NCBI GenBank assembly: GCA_003551705.1
Contig: PUNJ01000190.1
Coordinates: forward strand, 5,900-69,899
Direction: 5' to 3'
Origin: Chloroflexota bacterium
Lineage (GTDB): Bacteria; Chloroflexota; Dehalococcoidia; UBA2247; RBG-13-53-26
DNA length: 64,000 nucleotides
Program-made: the position numbers and the translations under genes
Shown: piece by piece, positions 9,230 through 19,836 of the stretch
Layout of the letters: the number at the start of each line of letters is the position of its first letter
How positions within the stretch are numbered: position 1 is the stretch's first letter
Notes under the pieces: model-generated
Seen by the model: only the letters and a program-made list of their open reading frames with translations
Databases searched by the model: none
What the model was told of the DNA's origin: nothing

Positions 9230-11158
9230 ATGGAATCTTCAGGTTATGCTGGCAAGCTTCTCATTATGGATTTGACCACAGGCACGTCACGCACCGTCCC
9301 GACCTCTGAGTATACCGACCTCTTTCTCGGAGGGCGGGGCATCGCCCAGAAATTGTATTGGGATGAAGCATCGCCGGATAGCGGCGCTCTTGACCCGGGC
9401 AACGCCGTGATCTTTGCCACGGGGCCACTAGCCGGGGTGCCCGTAATCGGGGGGGGGAGATGGTTTGTCTGCGGCAAGTCGCCAATCACTCTCCCTGAAC
9501 GTTTCTCTTACTGCAATCTGGGTGGGGACTGGGGAATACGTCTGAAATCTGCAGGGTACGATGCCGTCGTGGTCAAGGGAAAAGCAGCCAGGCCCGTATA
9601 CCTTCGCATTAGCGAGGACGCCGTGGAAATAGTCGATGCTTCGCATCTGTGGGGAAACGGTACCATCAGTACCCGCCGGACTCTGGAAGTCGATGGGGGC
9701 GGAAACACGAGCGTGGTGACCATCGGCCAGGCCGGGGAGAACCTGGCCACCATGGCTTGCCTCATGGCCAGCGAGGATGCGGCCGGTGGAGGGGGCATGG
9801 GCGCCGTCATGGGCTCCAAGAACCTCAAGGCTATAGCGGTCAGGTCGGATAGAAGGAGGACCCAAGCAGCCAGGCCGCAGGAACTCAAGGAGCTTACACG
9901 GGAATTTCGTAGCATCTTGACCCTGTCGCCAACTGCAACTGCGGGCGGTATCGATCTGCGAATAACCGGGCCGGGTACAACCAAGTCTCCCTGCTGGTCA
10001 TGCATAGGCGATTGCCTCAGACGCAGCTATCAGGCCCAGGACGGGAGCAGGGGCAAGTTCATGTGCCAGGCGGGCACTTTCTACCAGCCGGCGGCGGAAG
10101 CGGTCTACGGACCGGGTTATGAAATGCCTTACTTTGCCAACAAGCTGTGCGACGACTACGGACTTGATACCATGGCCGTGAGCCTGATAATGCTCTGGTT
10201 AATGAGATGTGCCAGGGCCGGGATCCTTACCGACGAGTCCGGCATCCCCCTTTCCCGGCTGGGTACCGCCGAATACATCGAAAACCTGGTGAAGAAGATC
10301 GCCCTGCGCGATGGTGTCGGGGATGTCCTTGCCGGCGGCGTTGAGAAAGCCGCCGAGCAGCTTGGGCCCGAAGCGGTTACCAAACTTCTTCCCTCCTTGT
10401 GCAAAGCCGGTCTTCCCAACGGCGTGGATTCCAGGCTTTACCTCAACACGGCCCTGATGGTGGCCATGGAACCCAAGCCGCCACTGGGACATACCCACGA
10501 GATAACGCGCGTTGTCCTGAGATGGATCGACTGGAGGCGGGGAGTCTCCGACAGCTATGTTTCGCCCGAGGTGTTTCGCAGGGTTGCCGATCGTTTCTGG
10601 GGAGGCGAAGAGGCTGCCGATTTCTGCGATCCCCGAGTGGTACCGTCTATGACCAGGATTGTTCAGGACCGGCAATATTCCCACGATTGCCTGGTCATTT
10701 GCGGTTTTCTCTGGCCCGTGACTGATTCCCGGTACACTTCCGATCACCTGGGCGATCCCTCTCTGGAGAGCAAACTGGTCTCAGCGATAACGGGGAGGAA
10801 CGTGAATGAGCAAGGACTTCATGAGATCGGGGAACGGGCCGTCAACCTGCACCGCGCCATTCTCATCAGGGAAGGCCACCGGGGTGTGCAGGACGACCGG
10901 CTACCAGATACATGGCACTCCATGCCGCTTAAGGCTGATATGACAAACCCTGAGCTGCTGGTGCCTGGCAGGGATGGTGAGGCTGCTTCCCGGCAGGGCA
11001 AGGTGGTGGAGAAGGAGGAGTTTGCGGCAATGAGGCGTGCTTATTACCGGTTGCGAGGATGGAATGAAGACAATGGGTTGCCTACACGGCAGAAGATGGT
11101 CGATCTGGGGCTGGGCGATGTGGCGGAAGACCTGGCAAAGAGCTGCCTGCTGGGATAA
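9230..11158 (+). CDS. aldehyde:ferredoxin oxidoreductase family protein (tungsten/molybdopterin, 4Fe-4S)
   Basis: ATG 3 nt after ggaggg. AOR N-domain GKLLIMDLTTG...GGRGIAQKLYWDE...GYDAVVVKGKAARPVYLRI and GSKNLKAIAV. Full-length at about 640 aa. Confidence 0.9.
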   Translation: MESSGYAGKLLIMDLTTGTSRTVPTSEYTDLFLGGRGIAQKLYWDEASPDSGALDPGNAVIFATGPLAGVPVIGGGRWFVCGKSPITLPERFSYCNLGGDWGIRLKSAGYDAVVVKGKAARPVYLRISEDAVEIVDASHLWGNGTISTRRTLEVDGGGNTSVVTIGQAGENLATMACLMASEDAAGGGGMGAVMGSKNLKAIAVRSDRRRTQAARPQELKELTREFRSILTLSPTATAGGIDLRITGPGTTKSPCWSCIGDCLRRSYQAQDGSRGKFMCQAGTFYQPAAEAVYGPGYEMPYFANKLCDDYGLDTMAVSLIMLWLMRCARAGILTDESGIPLSRLGTAEYIENLVKKIALRDGVGDVLAGGVEKAAEQLGPEAVTKLLPSLCKAGLPNGVDSRLYLNTALMVAMEPKPPLGHTHEITRVVLRWIDWRRGVSDSYVSPEVFRRVADRFWGGEEAADFCDPRVVPSMTRIVQDRQYSHDCLVICGFLWPVTDSRYTSDHLGDPSLESKLVSAITGRNVNEQGLHEIGERAVNLHRAILIREGHRGVQDDRLPDTWHSMPLKADMTNPELLVPGRDGEAASRQGKVVEKEEFAAMRRAYYRLRGWNEDNGLPTRQKMVDLGLGDVAEDLAKSCLLG

Positions 11159-11249
11159 CCGGGCCGGTGTTCTTCATACAGAGAACACAGAGCTGGCCGC
11201 TTACACGCAGCCATAGTCAGGGAAGACGGTAAAAGGGTAGACTTGCCGG

Positions 11250-12062
11250 TTAGATGGGCCCGCTTTCCCGTTCCCCGGGCGTCTCTGGGTACCAGGAGAC
11301 GCCGTTGATATGGCTGCCACCATCGGCGTACAGGGTATTCCCGGTGACGTAGCAGGAGTCCTCGGAGGCCAGGAACAAGGCCACACCGCCGATGTCCTTT
11401 TCCGGATCTCCCATGCGGCCCATGGGGTTCTGTTTGAGCAGGGCGGCGGCGTTTTCCGGGCTGCTTCGGGCGAAGACCTCGTAGGCCGGGGTGACCGCCG
11501 CCGGGCAGATGACATTGGCCAGGATATCGTACCTGGCCCATTCACGGGCCACAGTGCGGGTAAGCGATCGCAGTCCCTCTTTCACGGTGTTATACTCTGC
11601 TGTGAACATGTGCGCATTCACCCCGTTCAGGGAGCACATGCTGATGATCCTGCCACCTCCGCTACGTCGCATATGCGGGAAAACCGCCTGCATGGCCCAG
11701 AAAGCTCCCATGACACCAATGCGGTAGGCCTTCTCCATCTGGGAATCCGTTTTCTTCTCCACCGGCTGGAATCCGCCTCCGCCCCAGGCGTTGTTCACCA
11801 GGATATCCACCTTGCCGTATTTGTCGGTAGCGAAGGCCACGGTTGCCAGTATGCTTTCCTTGTTTGAAACATCCGTCTGGACGAAATAGGCCCCGGCTGC
11901 AAAATCGGCGGCTATCTCCGCCGCGGTCCTTTCGCCAATCTGCGGCGCGATGTCGGCAATGATCGTCGCTGCTCCTTCCGAAGCAAAGCGGCGGGCAATT
12001 CCCTTGCCAACGCCCTGTGCGGCCCCGGTAATGATGGCGACCTTGTTATCGAGTCGGCCCAT
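11250..12062 (-). CDS. SDR-family oxidoreductase
   Basis: TGAAQGVGKG Rossmann motif. YxxxK catalytic region is present. Confidence 0.85.
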   Translation of the reverse strand: MGRLDNKVAIITGAAQGVGKGIARRFASEGAATIIADIAPQIGERTAAEIAADFAAGAYFVQTDVSNKESILATVAFATDKYGKVDILVNNAWGGGGFQPVEKKTDSQMEKAYRIGVMGAFWAMQAVFPHMRRSGGGRIISMCSLNGVNAHMFTAEYNTVKEGLRSLTRTVAREWARYDILANVICPAAVTPAYEVFARSSPENAAALLKQNPMGRMGDPEKDIGGVALFLASEDSCYVTGNTLYADGGSHINGVSWYPETPGERESGPI

Positions 12063-12623
12063 TCGATTCCTCCTGCGAAATCATTCAGGTGATCAGAACG
12101 GTTGGTCTCTCCATGGATTGTACACAGCGGAAATGCCGGAAACAAGTCGCTGCCCAAGTGGGTCCCAAGCCGGGCCCGGATAGGGTCCGCCCCTGACCGC
12201 CATACGAGTTCCTGCGCTCCGGCCCTTGGGCGGATGGAGACCAAAGTAGAAGCAGGTTTGGTCACTTAAGATAACTAGATCGACGAGGCTTACAAGTGAT
12301 ATTAGGCTAAATGACTATAGCTTGATGTCCGTTAGGACCCATCTTTACGAAAACGCAAACTATGCTTAACTTAAGTATCTTTGGAATAACCATATCGAAA
12401 TTGAGGATTCGTGGTCCGGCCGGCGTGTCGGCCTTCACCGGCTTAACTAAAATGACACAAAGAATTCCTCTCTTGCAGGGAAAGCCTGGTAATATGATAG
12501 AGTGGATAAATGTACGGGAGTTCCGCCTATGATGCAGTTGTCATACCTGAGTAAGAACGGCAGGCGTCTCCCGAAACGAGGGAATGCATGAATGGTGGGT
12601 GGAATAAGTGTGATACAATAATA

Positions 12624-12695
12624 TGGAGCTGGTGGGACTCGAACCCACGACCTTCTGACTGCCAGTCAGACGCTCTCCCTCTGAGCCACAGCCCC
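12624..12695 (-). tRNA. tRNA-Ala(GGC): tRNA-Ala (anticodon GGC)
   Basis: Reverse complement folds as a 72-nt cloverleaf: GGGGCUG acceptor stem with the G3:U70 Ala identity pair, anticodon loop CUGGCAG, and T-arm GUGGGUUCGAGUCCCAC. CCA is not encoded. Confidence 0.9.
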
Positions 12696-13032
12696 AGACC
12701 AATGTCTAATTTACCAGAAAAACATGCACTACACAAGCGGATTTGGCCGTCGTACAGACGGAGATATTATCGACACGGAAGCTATTGGCCCAAGGGGTTA
12801 CACCGGCGCGACTGCCCCCGTAACTTTTTGTTCATGTTGAAACAAACACGTTTACTTTTCTGTAACACCGGGGCGCTAGTCTGGGACGTAGAGATTGCCT
12901 GGCTACGCATGCGTTTTTGTGACTAAAATTATTTGCAAACGATGGACATTCACCGTATATTGGAGCGAGGCTAATTGGCTGTCTTCCCTGAGAATGGGTT
13001 CTGTGGTAAAATACAACTAAAGAAGGTTAGTT

Positions 13033-15501
13033 ATGGCAAGTAGATTTGAGAAGTTTTCGGAAAGAGCACGACGTGCTCTGACTTATGCGCAGGAAGAAGC
13101 GCAGAGGTTTAATCATAACTATATTGGTACCGAGCATATTCTGCTTGGCCTTGTTCGCGAAGGGGAAGGAGTTGCCGGTAAGGTATTGACGAATCTGGGC
13201 GTGGACCTGAACAAGGTACGCGCCGCGGTGGAGTTTATCATCGGGCGCGGCGGCAAGACAAGCCCGGGTGAAGTTGGACTCACTCCTCGGGCGAAGAAGG
13301 TCATCGAATTAGCCGTTGATGAGGCGAGACGTTTCAACCATAATTATGTGGGTACCGAGCACTTGCTCCTGGGCTTACTTCGTGAAGGAGAGGGCGTAGC
13401 CGGGGGCGTACTCGAAAGTCTGGGCATAAATCTCGAGCGAGCTCGAGCCGAGGTTACCCGTATTCTGAACCAGGGCGCGGCCCAGCCTCAGTCCGGGCAA
13501 CGTGCTTCCAGCCGGACTCCTACCTTGGACCAGTTGGGACTGGACCTGACTGCGATGGCGAGAAGCGCCAAGCTGGACCCGGTAATCGGGCGGCATAAAG
13601 AGATCCAGCGGGTCATCCAGATACTGTCCAGGCGCACCAAGAACAATCCCGTTCTGATTGGCGAGCCGGGAGTAGGTAAGACCGCTATAGTCGAGGGACT
13701 TGCTCACCGGATCGTAAGCGGCGAAATCCCGCATACTTTGCAGGGCAAAAGGGTTGTATCCCTTGATATGGGATCGCTGGTTGCTGGCACAAAGTATCGT
13801 GGCGAGTTTGAAGAAAGATTGAAGAAGATAATCGAGGAACTGAAGGGCGCGGGCAACTGCATCCTGTTCGTCGATGAAATGCATACGATTGTGGGTGCCG
13901 GTGCTGCAGAGGGCGCGGTCGACGCGTCGAACATCCTCAAGCCTTCGCTGGCCAGAGGTGAGTTGCAGTGCGTCGGGGCTACCACTCTGGACGACTACAG
14001 AAAGCATGTGGAGAAGGATGCTGCACTGGAGCGGCGTTTCCAGCCCGTCACAGTTGACGAACCATCGGTCGAGCAGACCGTAGAGATACTCCAGGGCATC
14101 AAATCCCGCTATGAGGACCATCATCAGTTGGTCATCACCGAGGAGTCTCTGAGATCGGCGGCCAACCTGGCGGCGCGGTATATTCCTGACAGGTTCTTGC
14201 CGGACAAGGCCATTGACCTGGTGGACGAGGCAGCCTCAAGGGTCCGGCTTAGGGGCGGGACCGTCCCGATCGGCCTGAAGGAGACCAAGAGGGCCTTGGA
14301 AAGCGTCAGGCAGGACAAGGAGGCGGCCATCAGCTCACAGCAATATGAATATGCTGTGGAGTTGCGTGATCGGGAGATGCATCTGACCGAGAAGATAAAG
14401 GAACTTGAAGAGAACTGGCAGGCCGAGCTTACCAAGGAGACGCCGGTGGTGACGGAAGAGGACATCACCGAGGTGGTCAGCATGTGGACTGGAATTCCGA
14501 TCTCCAAGCTGGCTGCGGATGAGGCTACCAGGCTGCTCGAAATGGAGAGCACCCTGCACGGTCGCATTATCGCCCAGGATGAGGCCATTGTGGCTATTTC
14601 CAAGGCTGTGAGGCGGGCGCGCACCGGACTTAAGGATCCCAGGAAGCCTATCGGCAGCTTCATCTTTCTGGGCCCTACAGGCGTCGGTAAGACTGAGTTG
14701 GTCCGGGCTCTGGCCGAGTTCATGTTCGGCAGCGAAGATGCCCTGCTCAGACTCGATATGTCTGAGTTCATGGAGCGGCATGCTGTCGCCAGGCTGGTAG
14801 GCGCTCCTCCCGGCTACGTCGGTTATGACGAGGGCGGCCAGTTGACGGAGGCAGTAAGGCGCAAGTCCTATACCGCCATCCTGCTGGACGAGATCGAGAA
14901 GGCGCATCCGGATGTGTTCAACATCCTGCTCCAGATCTTCGATGATGGGCACCTGACCGATGCCAAGGGTCGCAAAGTCGACTTCCGAAATAGCATCATA
15001 GTGATGACGAGCAATATCGGGGCTGAGCTTATCAAGAAGGACGCCGTAATCGGTTTTGTGAGCCGTACTGATGAGACCAAGGCCAAACAGCAGTCCTACG
15101 AACGGATGAAGGAGAAGCTGCTCGAAGAGTTGAAGAAGACCTTCCGTCCTGAGTTCCTTAACCGGCTTGACGGCGTAGTCGTCTTCCATCACCTCGGTAA
15201 AGAGCACATCCGCCAGATCGTGGAATTGATGCTTCGGCCGGTCCGTTCCCAGCTTATCGAGAGGGGCTTGGGCCTGGCCGTTTCTGAAGAAGCCAAGGAT
15301 CTCCTGGCAGAGAAAGGCTACGATGAGGCGTTCGGTGCAAGGCCGCTGAGGAGGGCTATCCAGACCATGGTCGAAGACCAGCTGTCTGAGATGTTGTTGC
15401 GAGGCGAATTTGAGCCGGGCGATACCATCTACCTGGACCGGGAGGGCGATGAGATTGTCCCCCGCTCCATGAATGCTGTGGAGTCTACTCAAGCCACCTA
15501 G
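13033..15501 (+). CDS. clpC: ATP-dependent Clp protease ATP-binding subunit ClpC
   Basis: Two Clp_N repeats and two AAA+ modules ([16 protein letters not shown]). Classic clpC-radA synteny. Confidence 0.95.
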   Translation: MASRFEKFSERARRALTYAQEEAQRFNHNYIGTEHILLGLVREGEGVAGKVLTNLGVDLNKVRAAVEFIIGRGGKTSPGEVGLTPRAKKVIELAVDEARRFNHNYVGTEHLLLGLLREGEGVAGGVLESLGINLERARAEVTRILNQGAAQPQSGQRASSRTPTLDQLGLDLTAMARSAKLDPVIGRHKEIQRVIQILSRRTKNNPVLIGEPGVGKTAIVEGLAHRIVSGEIPHTLQGKRVVSLDMGSLVAGTKYRGEFEERLKKIIEELKGAGNCILFVDEMHTIVGAGAAEGAVDASNILKPSLARGELQCVGATTLDDYRKHVEKDAALERRFQPVTVDEPSVEQTVEILQGIKSRYEDHHQLVITEESLRSAANLAARYIPDRFLPDKAIDLVDEAASRVRLRGGTVPIGLKETKRALESVRQDKEAAISSQQYEYAVELRDREMHLTEKIKELEENWQAELTKETPVVTEEDITEVVSMWTGIPISKLAADEATRLLEMESTLHGRIIAQDEAIVAISKAVRRARTGLKDPRKPIGSFIFLGPTGVGKTELVRALAEFMFGSEDALLRLDMSEFMERHAVARLVGAPPGYVGYDEGGQLTEAVRRKSYTAILLDEIEKAHPDVFNILLQIFDDGHLTDAKGRKVDFRNSIIVMTSNIGAELIKKDAVIGFVSRTDETKAKQQSYERMKEKLLEELKKTFRPEFLNRLDGVVVFHHLGKEHIRQIVELMLRPVRSQLIERGLGLAVSEEAKDLLAEKGYDEAFGARPLRRAIQTMVEDQLSEMLLRGEFEPGDTIYLDREGDEIVPRSMNAVESTQAT

Positions 15502-15523
15502 CGGCTGAAAGAGGAACAACAAA

Positions 15524-15552
15524 GGGGAGCCCGAAAAGAGGCTCCCCTTTTT
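15524..15552 (+). terminator. intrinsic terminator downstream of clpC
   Basis: GGGGAGCC-loop-GGCUCCCC followed by UUUUU. Confidence 0.8.
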
Positions 15553-15563
15553 GGCAGGCTTGA

Positions 15564-16940
15564 TTGAGTAAGAATTCCAGGATAGCTTACACCTGCCGTG
15601 AATGCGGCAAGCACAGCCCCAAGTGGCTGGGGCATTGCCCTGATTGCCAATCGTGGAACACCTTCGAAGAGACCAAGCCCAGTACCAAGCGCGGCGGTCC
15701 GCCAGTCCTGCTCAATCCCGCCTTGGAACTTTCCATGGTCGAAACCGAGGACAAGCCCAGGCTGGCGTTCAGGCTGCACGAGTTGAACAGAGTATTAGGG
15801 GGCGGCATGGTGCCGGGATCTCTTGTCCTGATTAGCGGGGACCCGGGTATCGGCAAATCGACATTGCTCCTGCAGGCCTCGTCGGGTATCGCCGGCAAGG
15901 GAAGCAAGGTTGTCTACGTGTCTGGCGAGGAATCACCCTATCAGACGAAGCTACGCGGCGACCGCTTGGGCCTCAAAGGCCATGACCTTTATCTGGTGAC
16001 GGAGACCAATATGGATGCCATCTTGCAACACTTGCAGGACTTGTCTCCGGCTCTGGCCGTCATCGATTCCATACAGACCGTCTATCTGCCGGAATCGCCT
16101 GGGGCTCCCGGCAGCGTATCCCAGGTGAGGGAGTGCACGGTCAGCCTGATGCAATGGGCCAAATCGGCCTCCATACCGGTACTGATTGCCGGCCATGTCA
16201 CCAAGGATGGGTCCATAGCCGGCCCCAAAGTACTGGAGCACATCGTGGACGTGGTCCTGTATATGGAGGGTGAGTCTCTGAGTACCTATCGCCTGCTGCG
16301 AGGTATGAAGAACCGCTTTGGCTCTACTAACGAGATCGGCATCTTCGAGATGCGCGGTGACGGCCTGGTGGAGGTCGAGAACCCGTCCCTAGTCTTTCTA
16401 TCGCAGCGTTCCCAACCGTCCACAGGTTCTGTAGTGTCCGCCACCCTGGAAGGTACGCGGCCCCTGCTAGTAGAGGTGCAGGCATTGACGTCCACGACGA
16501 ACTTCGGCCTTCCCAGGCGCACGGCAAGCGGCATCGACCTTAACCGCCTGCTCCTCATCATTGCAGTCCTTAACAAGCGTGCCGGCCTCTCTCTGGCCAA
16601 CCAGGATGTCATCATCAACGTAGTGGGCGGGCTGCGAGTAAACGAGCCTGCCATGGACCTGGCCATTGCCCTGTCCATAGCTTCCAGTTTTTCCGACAGG
16701 TACGTGGAACCGGACCTGATCGCGCTGGGAGAGATAGGGCTGAATGGTGAAGTCCGGCCTGTCCCCCAGATGGAACGCAGGCTGGCCGAAGCTGCCAGGC
16801 AGGGCTTCAGGCGCTGCGTCGCGCCCGCAAATTCAGCAAGCGATGTCAGGGCACCGAGTGGCATGGAGGTTACGGGCGTGACCAGCCTCAGGGAGGCGTT
16901 GAGTGGGGCACTGCGCGGCCGGCAACAGTCAAAACATTGA
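15564..16940 (+). CDS. radA: DNA repair protein RadA/Sms
   Basis: N-terminal zinc finger CRECGKHSPKWLGHCPDC, RecA-like Walker A GDPGIGKST, and a Lon-like C-terminal domain. TTG start abuts the clpC terminator T-run, so the start is uncertain. Confidence 0.9.
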   Translation: MSKNSRIAYTCRECGKHSPKWLGHCPDCQSWNTFEETKPSTKRGGPPVLLNPALELSMVETEDKPRLAFRLHELNRVLGGGMVPGSLVLISGDPGIGKSTLLLQASSGIAGKGSKVVYVSGEESPYQTKLRGDRLGLKGHDLYLVTETNMDAILQHLQDLSPALAVIDSIQTVYLPESPGAPGSVSQVRECTVSLMQWAKSASIPVLIAGHVTKDGSIAGPKVLEHIVDVVLYMEGESLSTYRLLRGMKNRFGSTNEIGIFEMRGDGLVEVENPSLVFLSQRSQPSTGSVVSATLEGTRPLLVEVQALTSTTNFGLPRRTASGIDLNRLLLIIAVLNKRAGLSLANQDVIINVVGGLRVNEPAMDLAIALSIASSFSDRYVEPDLIALGEIGLNGEVRPVPQMERRLAEAARQGFRRCVAPANSASDVRAPSGMEVTGVTSLREALSGALRGRQQSKH

Positions 16941-17013
16941 GTCCATGGGACCGATATGGGTGCCGGTTCACGCCTTGTGACCAAACCGGCTGCATGCTAA
17001 AATCCGGTGAACC

Positions 17014-17949
17014 ATGCGCATAGTCTTTATGGGTACCCCCCGATTTGCCGTGCCTTCTCTGGAATCCCTGGTTGAGGCTGGCCACGAAATCGTGTGCGTA
17101 TTTACACGGCCTGACAGACCAGCCGGCCGGGGGCGCTCAGTTTTGGCCTCTCCCGTAAAGGAAAAGGCCCTGCAATATGGCCTGGCCGTCCACCAGCCCC
17201 GGTCCCTGCGCTCGCTCGAAGAATGGGAGCGGCTGAAGGCCCTGTCCCCTGAGGCCGTTATTGTAGCGGCCTATGGGCTGATACTACCCGAGCAGATACT
17301 GGCCGTCCCGTCGCTTGGATGCCTCAATGTTCATCCTTCCCTCCTGCCCCGGCACCGCGGGGCTTCCCCGGTAGCCAGCGCTATCCTGTCTGGAGATGAA
17401 GTCACCGGCGTCACCATAATGCTCCTGGACAAGGGTATGGATACGGGCCCCATGCTTGCTCAGGTCAAGGTCCCCATCGCTGAGAATGACACAACCGGTA
17501 CACTAACCACGGAACTGTCCAGGATAGGCGCACAGTTGCTCATCCCTACCTTGCTTCTCTGGTCGGAGGAGAGACTGACTCCTGAGATCCAGAACGAAAG
17601 CAAGGCCACCTATTCCCAACCAATAAGTAAGGATAGCGGACGGATCGACTGGACTCTGCCAGCCGGGGATCTGTGGCGCCGGGTGAGGGCTTACAACCCG
17701 TGGCCGGGTTCATTTACGACGTGGCAGGGCAGGTCTCTCAAAATCATCGAGGCTACCCCGGTACGAGGGCAGGGCCCTGCCGGCAAGGTGGTACCGCTGG
17801 GGCCCGGCGGACCGGCGCCTGTGGCTGTTTGTGCTGGCGAAGACATGTTGGGCATAATGCAACTGCAACTGGAGGGGAAACGCATTATGGCCGCCGGAGA
17901 CTTCCTGCGCGGCCAGCGCGATTTCATCGGGTCCTTGTTGCCTTCGTAA
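17014..17949 (+). CDS. fmt: methionyl-tRNA formyltransferase
   Basis: MRIVFMGTPRFAVPSL...HPSLLPRHRGASP, which is the Fmt signature. Confidence 0.9.
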   Translation: MRIVFMGTPRFAVPSLESLVEAGHEIVCVFTRPDRPAGRGRSVLASPVKEKALQYGLAVHQPRSLRSLEEWERLKALSPEAVIVAAYGLILPEQILAVPSLGCLNVHPSLLPRHRGASPVASAILSGDEVTGVTIMLLDKGMDTGPMLAQVKVPIAENDTTGTLTTELSRIGAQLLIPTLLLWSEERLTPEIQNESKATYSQPISKDSGRIDWTLPAGDLWRRVRAYNPWPGSFTTWQGRSLKIIEATPVRGQGPAGKVVPLGPGGPAPVAVCAGEDMLGIMQLQLEGKRIMAAGDFLRGQRDFIGSLLPS

Positions 17950-17975
17950 CGGGCACGATCCGGGCGGGTGTGTGA

Positions 17976-18794
17976 CTAGGCCGGTAGTCCGAAGGCGCTC
18001 CTTATCCGAACCCAGTCGTCTTCCGAGGGCAGGACATAGTTGGCGGTCCTGGCGGGAATCGGCAGCCCTGTCCCCTTCTTGATATCCACTGCCATCTCGG
18101 CCATCTTGGCAGCGACCATTACGCAGTCCAAGACAGGCACGGTCTGCCCGTTAACGGTCAGCTTGTTGAACCCGGCCATGCTGCAGAAAAGACTGGTCCC
18201 GGCGCATCCCAGTATGATGACATCGGCCCCGTCGGCCACGCATTCCCGGGCCACCTCGGTTACCGAGTCCACACACAGTTGGGGATTGCCAAGCCACTTG
18301 GGGAAACAGTCGACGAAGGGTTCCTTTTCGAAGCGGATGCCGTTTGGTATGAGCCGGTCCTGCAGGCCGTGCTGCTGGACCTGCTCGGATATCTGGCCGG
18401 GTTGTCCGGGCATGCTGGCACCGATGATGGCAAACCTTCTGCCGAGCTGGCAGGCGAAGTGCATAGTGGCTTCGGCGGGGCCGAACAAGGGCATTCTGAC
18501 CACTGACCTGGCTTCCTTGATGCCGGGGTCGCCGAAGCAGTGGACGGTGCCGGCATCGAAACCTTCCTTGTCAGCCTCGATAAAGGCTTCAACGATCTCA
18601 CGTTTATCCAGCATGGCGAAGTACGGGTTATCGAAGTCCAGGACATTGTCACCCTTGAGTCCCTGTTTGATGGGCTTCAGCATGACCTCGGTACCAGGTT
18701 GCAGGACCTTGTCGAAGCTGTTTTTCACGGCGGAGAACCAGGGATCGATGAACTCATTGGGCATTTCGGTGATATGGACCAGGCACAACTTCAT
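17976..18794 (-). CDS. Asp/Glu/hydantoin racemase family protein
   Basis: Two-Cys racemase-like fold (FGDPG...; ILGCAGTS). ATG follows aagggagg. Confidence 0.7.
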   Translation of the reverse strand: MKLCLVHITEMPNEFIDPWFSAVKNSFDKVLQPGTEVMLKPIKQGLKGDNVLDFDNPYFAMLDKREIVEAFIEADKEGFDAGTVHCFGDPGIKEARSVVRMPLFGPAEATMHFACQLGRRFAIIGASMPGQPGQISEQVQQHGLQDRLIPNGIRFEKEPFVDCFPKWLGNPQLCVDSVTEVARECVADGADVIILGCAGTSLFCSMAGFNKLTVNGQTVPVLDCVMVAAKMAEMAVDIKKGTGLPIPARTANYVLPSEDDWVRIRSAFGLPA

Positions 18795-19447
18795 GATCGG
18801 CCTCCCTTTTGTAGAATATGAGCCGGTATAACATGCGATGCGTGGCAGTGTCAAGGATGAGCGAGAGATGGTAACTGCTTGAATAAAGGTTCAACAATAT
18901 GGCTGGACAAATCTCTGGTCATTTGCGGATATTTTCCCGGGTAGCGCTGGTCAATCCGGCGAAATGATGCCTTATAGCCCTGGACAGAGCAGTGCCAGCT
19001 CAGGGCAGCGCCTGCTGTCAGCTTGGGGTGACCGGTATCTCCCAAGCCGGATAGGGAAGGTCCTACTGTCCGGTCGACAATTCGCGATGCCCCGGCCTTG
19101 CCCTGGGTTGGCATGCGTATCAGTGGCTGGTTTTCCCGTCCCTGCACTTTCGCCGGTCAACAAGCCAAATATTGACCCAGTAGACCGTCGAAAAGAACAA
19201 CCAGACGGCCCCGTAACCTATCAGGAAGTCCATATGGCTCCTTTTCAGTGCGTCGGCGCGATACTAACACGATTATGTTGTCATGCGGGTTAAAATTGGT
19301 TAAGAAAGAGTCTCGGAATGGTCTCATCCTTCTTTGCTGGTCTGTGGGAACTCCAATACTCCCAACGCGGTATTGCTCTGGATCAAGAACCGCTGTGTAC
19401 ACTTGGGGCAAATCCTGGCGAATTGGAACAGGAAAGGAAGGTGGACC

Positions 19448-19657
19448 ATGCTTCCCAATGGTTTGTATGACCTGATGATGCAAATGGTCGTGGAGAACAA
19501 GAGCCTTTGGCAGATCAAGAACAACTACATGAAGGATGCGGAGGGTTGTGCCGAATGCATTGACTTCTGGCGCAGAATGGTTGATGACAAGGAGGCCCAC
19601 ATAAGAGAGTTGGAGTCCTTGATCAAGGCGCATCTAACCCAAAAGGTAAGCGTCTGA
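19448..19657 (+). CDS. small hypothetical protein (69 aa)
   Basis: ATG 6 nt after aggaagg. Lies in a locally lower-GC pocket. No recognisable family. Confidence 0.4.
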   Translation: MLPNGLYDLMMQMVVENKSLWQIKNNYMKDAEGCAECIDFWRRMVDDKEAHIRELESLIKAHLTQKVSV

Positions 19658-19836
19658 GAATTACACCACACAGGGCAGCAAGTGGGCTTGAGAACAGTAG
19701 CGCGAAGAGTTTCCTGCTTGATCCCTTTTTTGGGGTTGGTGACCTTCGACAGGTTTCTCATGCGCAGGGTTTCTCGGGTGGCGGCCGCTATGGACGTTTC
19801 AAGATTCTCCTGGCAACCGGGAAACTGCTTAGTCTT

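Noticed and set aside
12700-13032. CtsR operator (GGTCAAA heptad direct repeat) upstream of clpC
   Set aside because: No tandem GTCAAA heptads are present in the clpC upstream region.
14335-15522. 395-aa minus-strand ORF and many other long antisense ORFs, for example 39130..40707, 16286..16984, 57004..57993, 53613..54416 and 54753..55697
   Set aside because: They lie entirely antisense or out of frame to strongly supported genes (clpC, hppA, radA, cobQ, arsC, arsP). Composition is Arg/Pro/Gly-rich. These are typical high-GC shadow ORFs.
19157-19633. 158-aa minus-strand ORF overlapping the small plus-strand ORF
   Set aside because: No RBS and a His/Leu-rich odd composition. The plus-strand 69-aa ORF has a proper SD (aggaagg), so the minus ORF is treated as a shadow.
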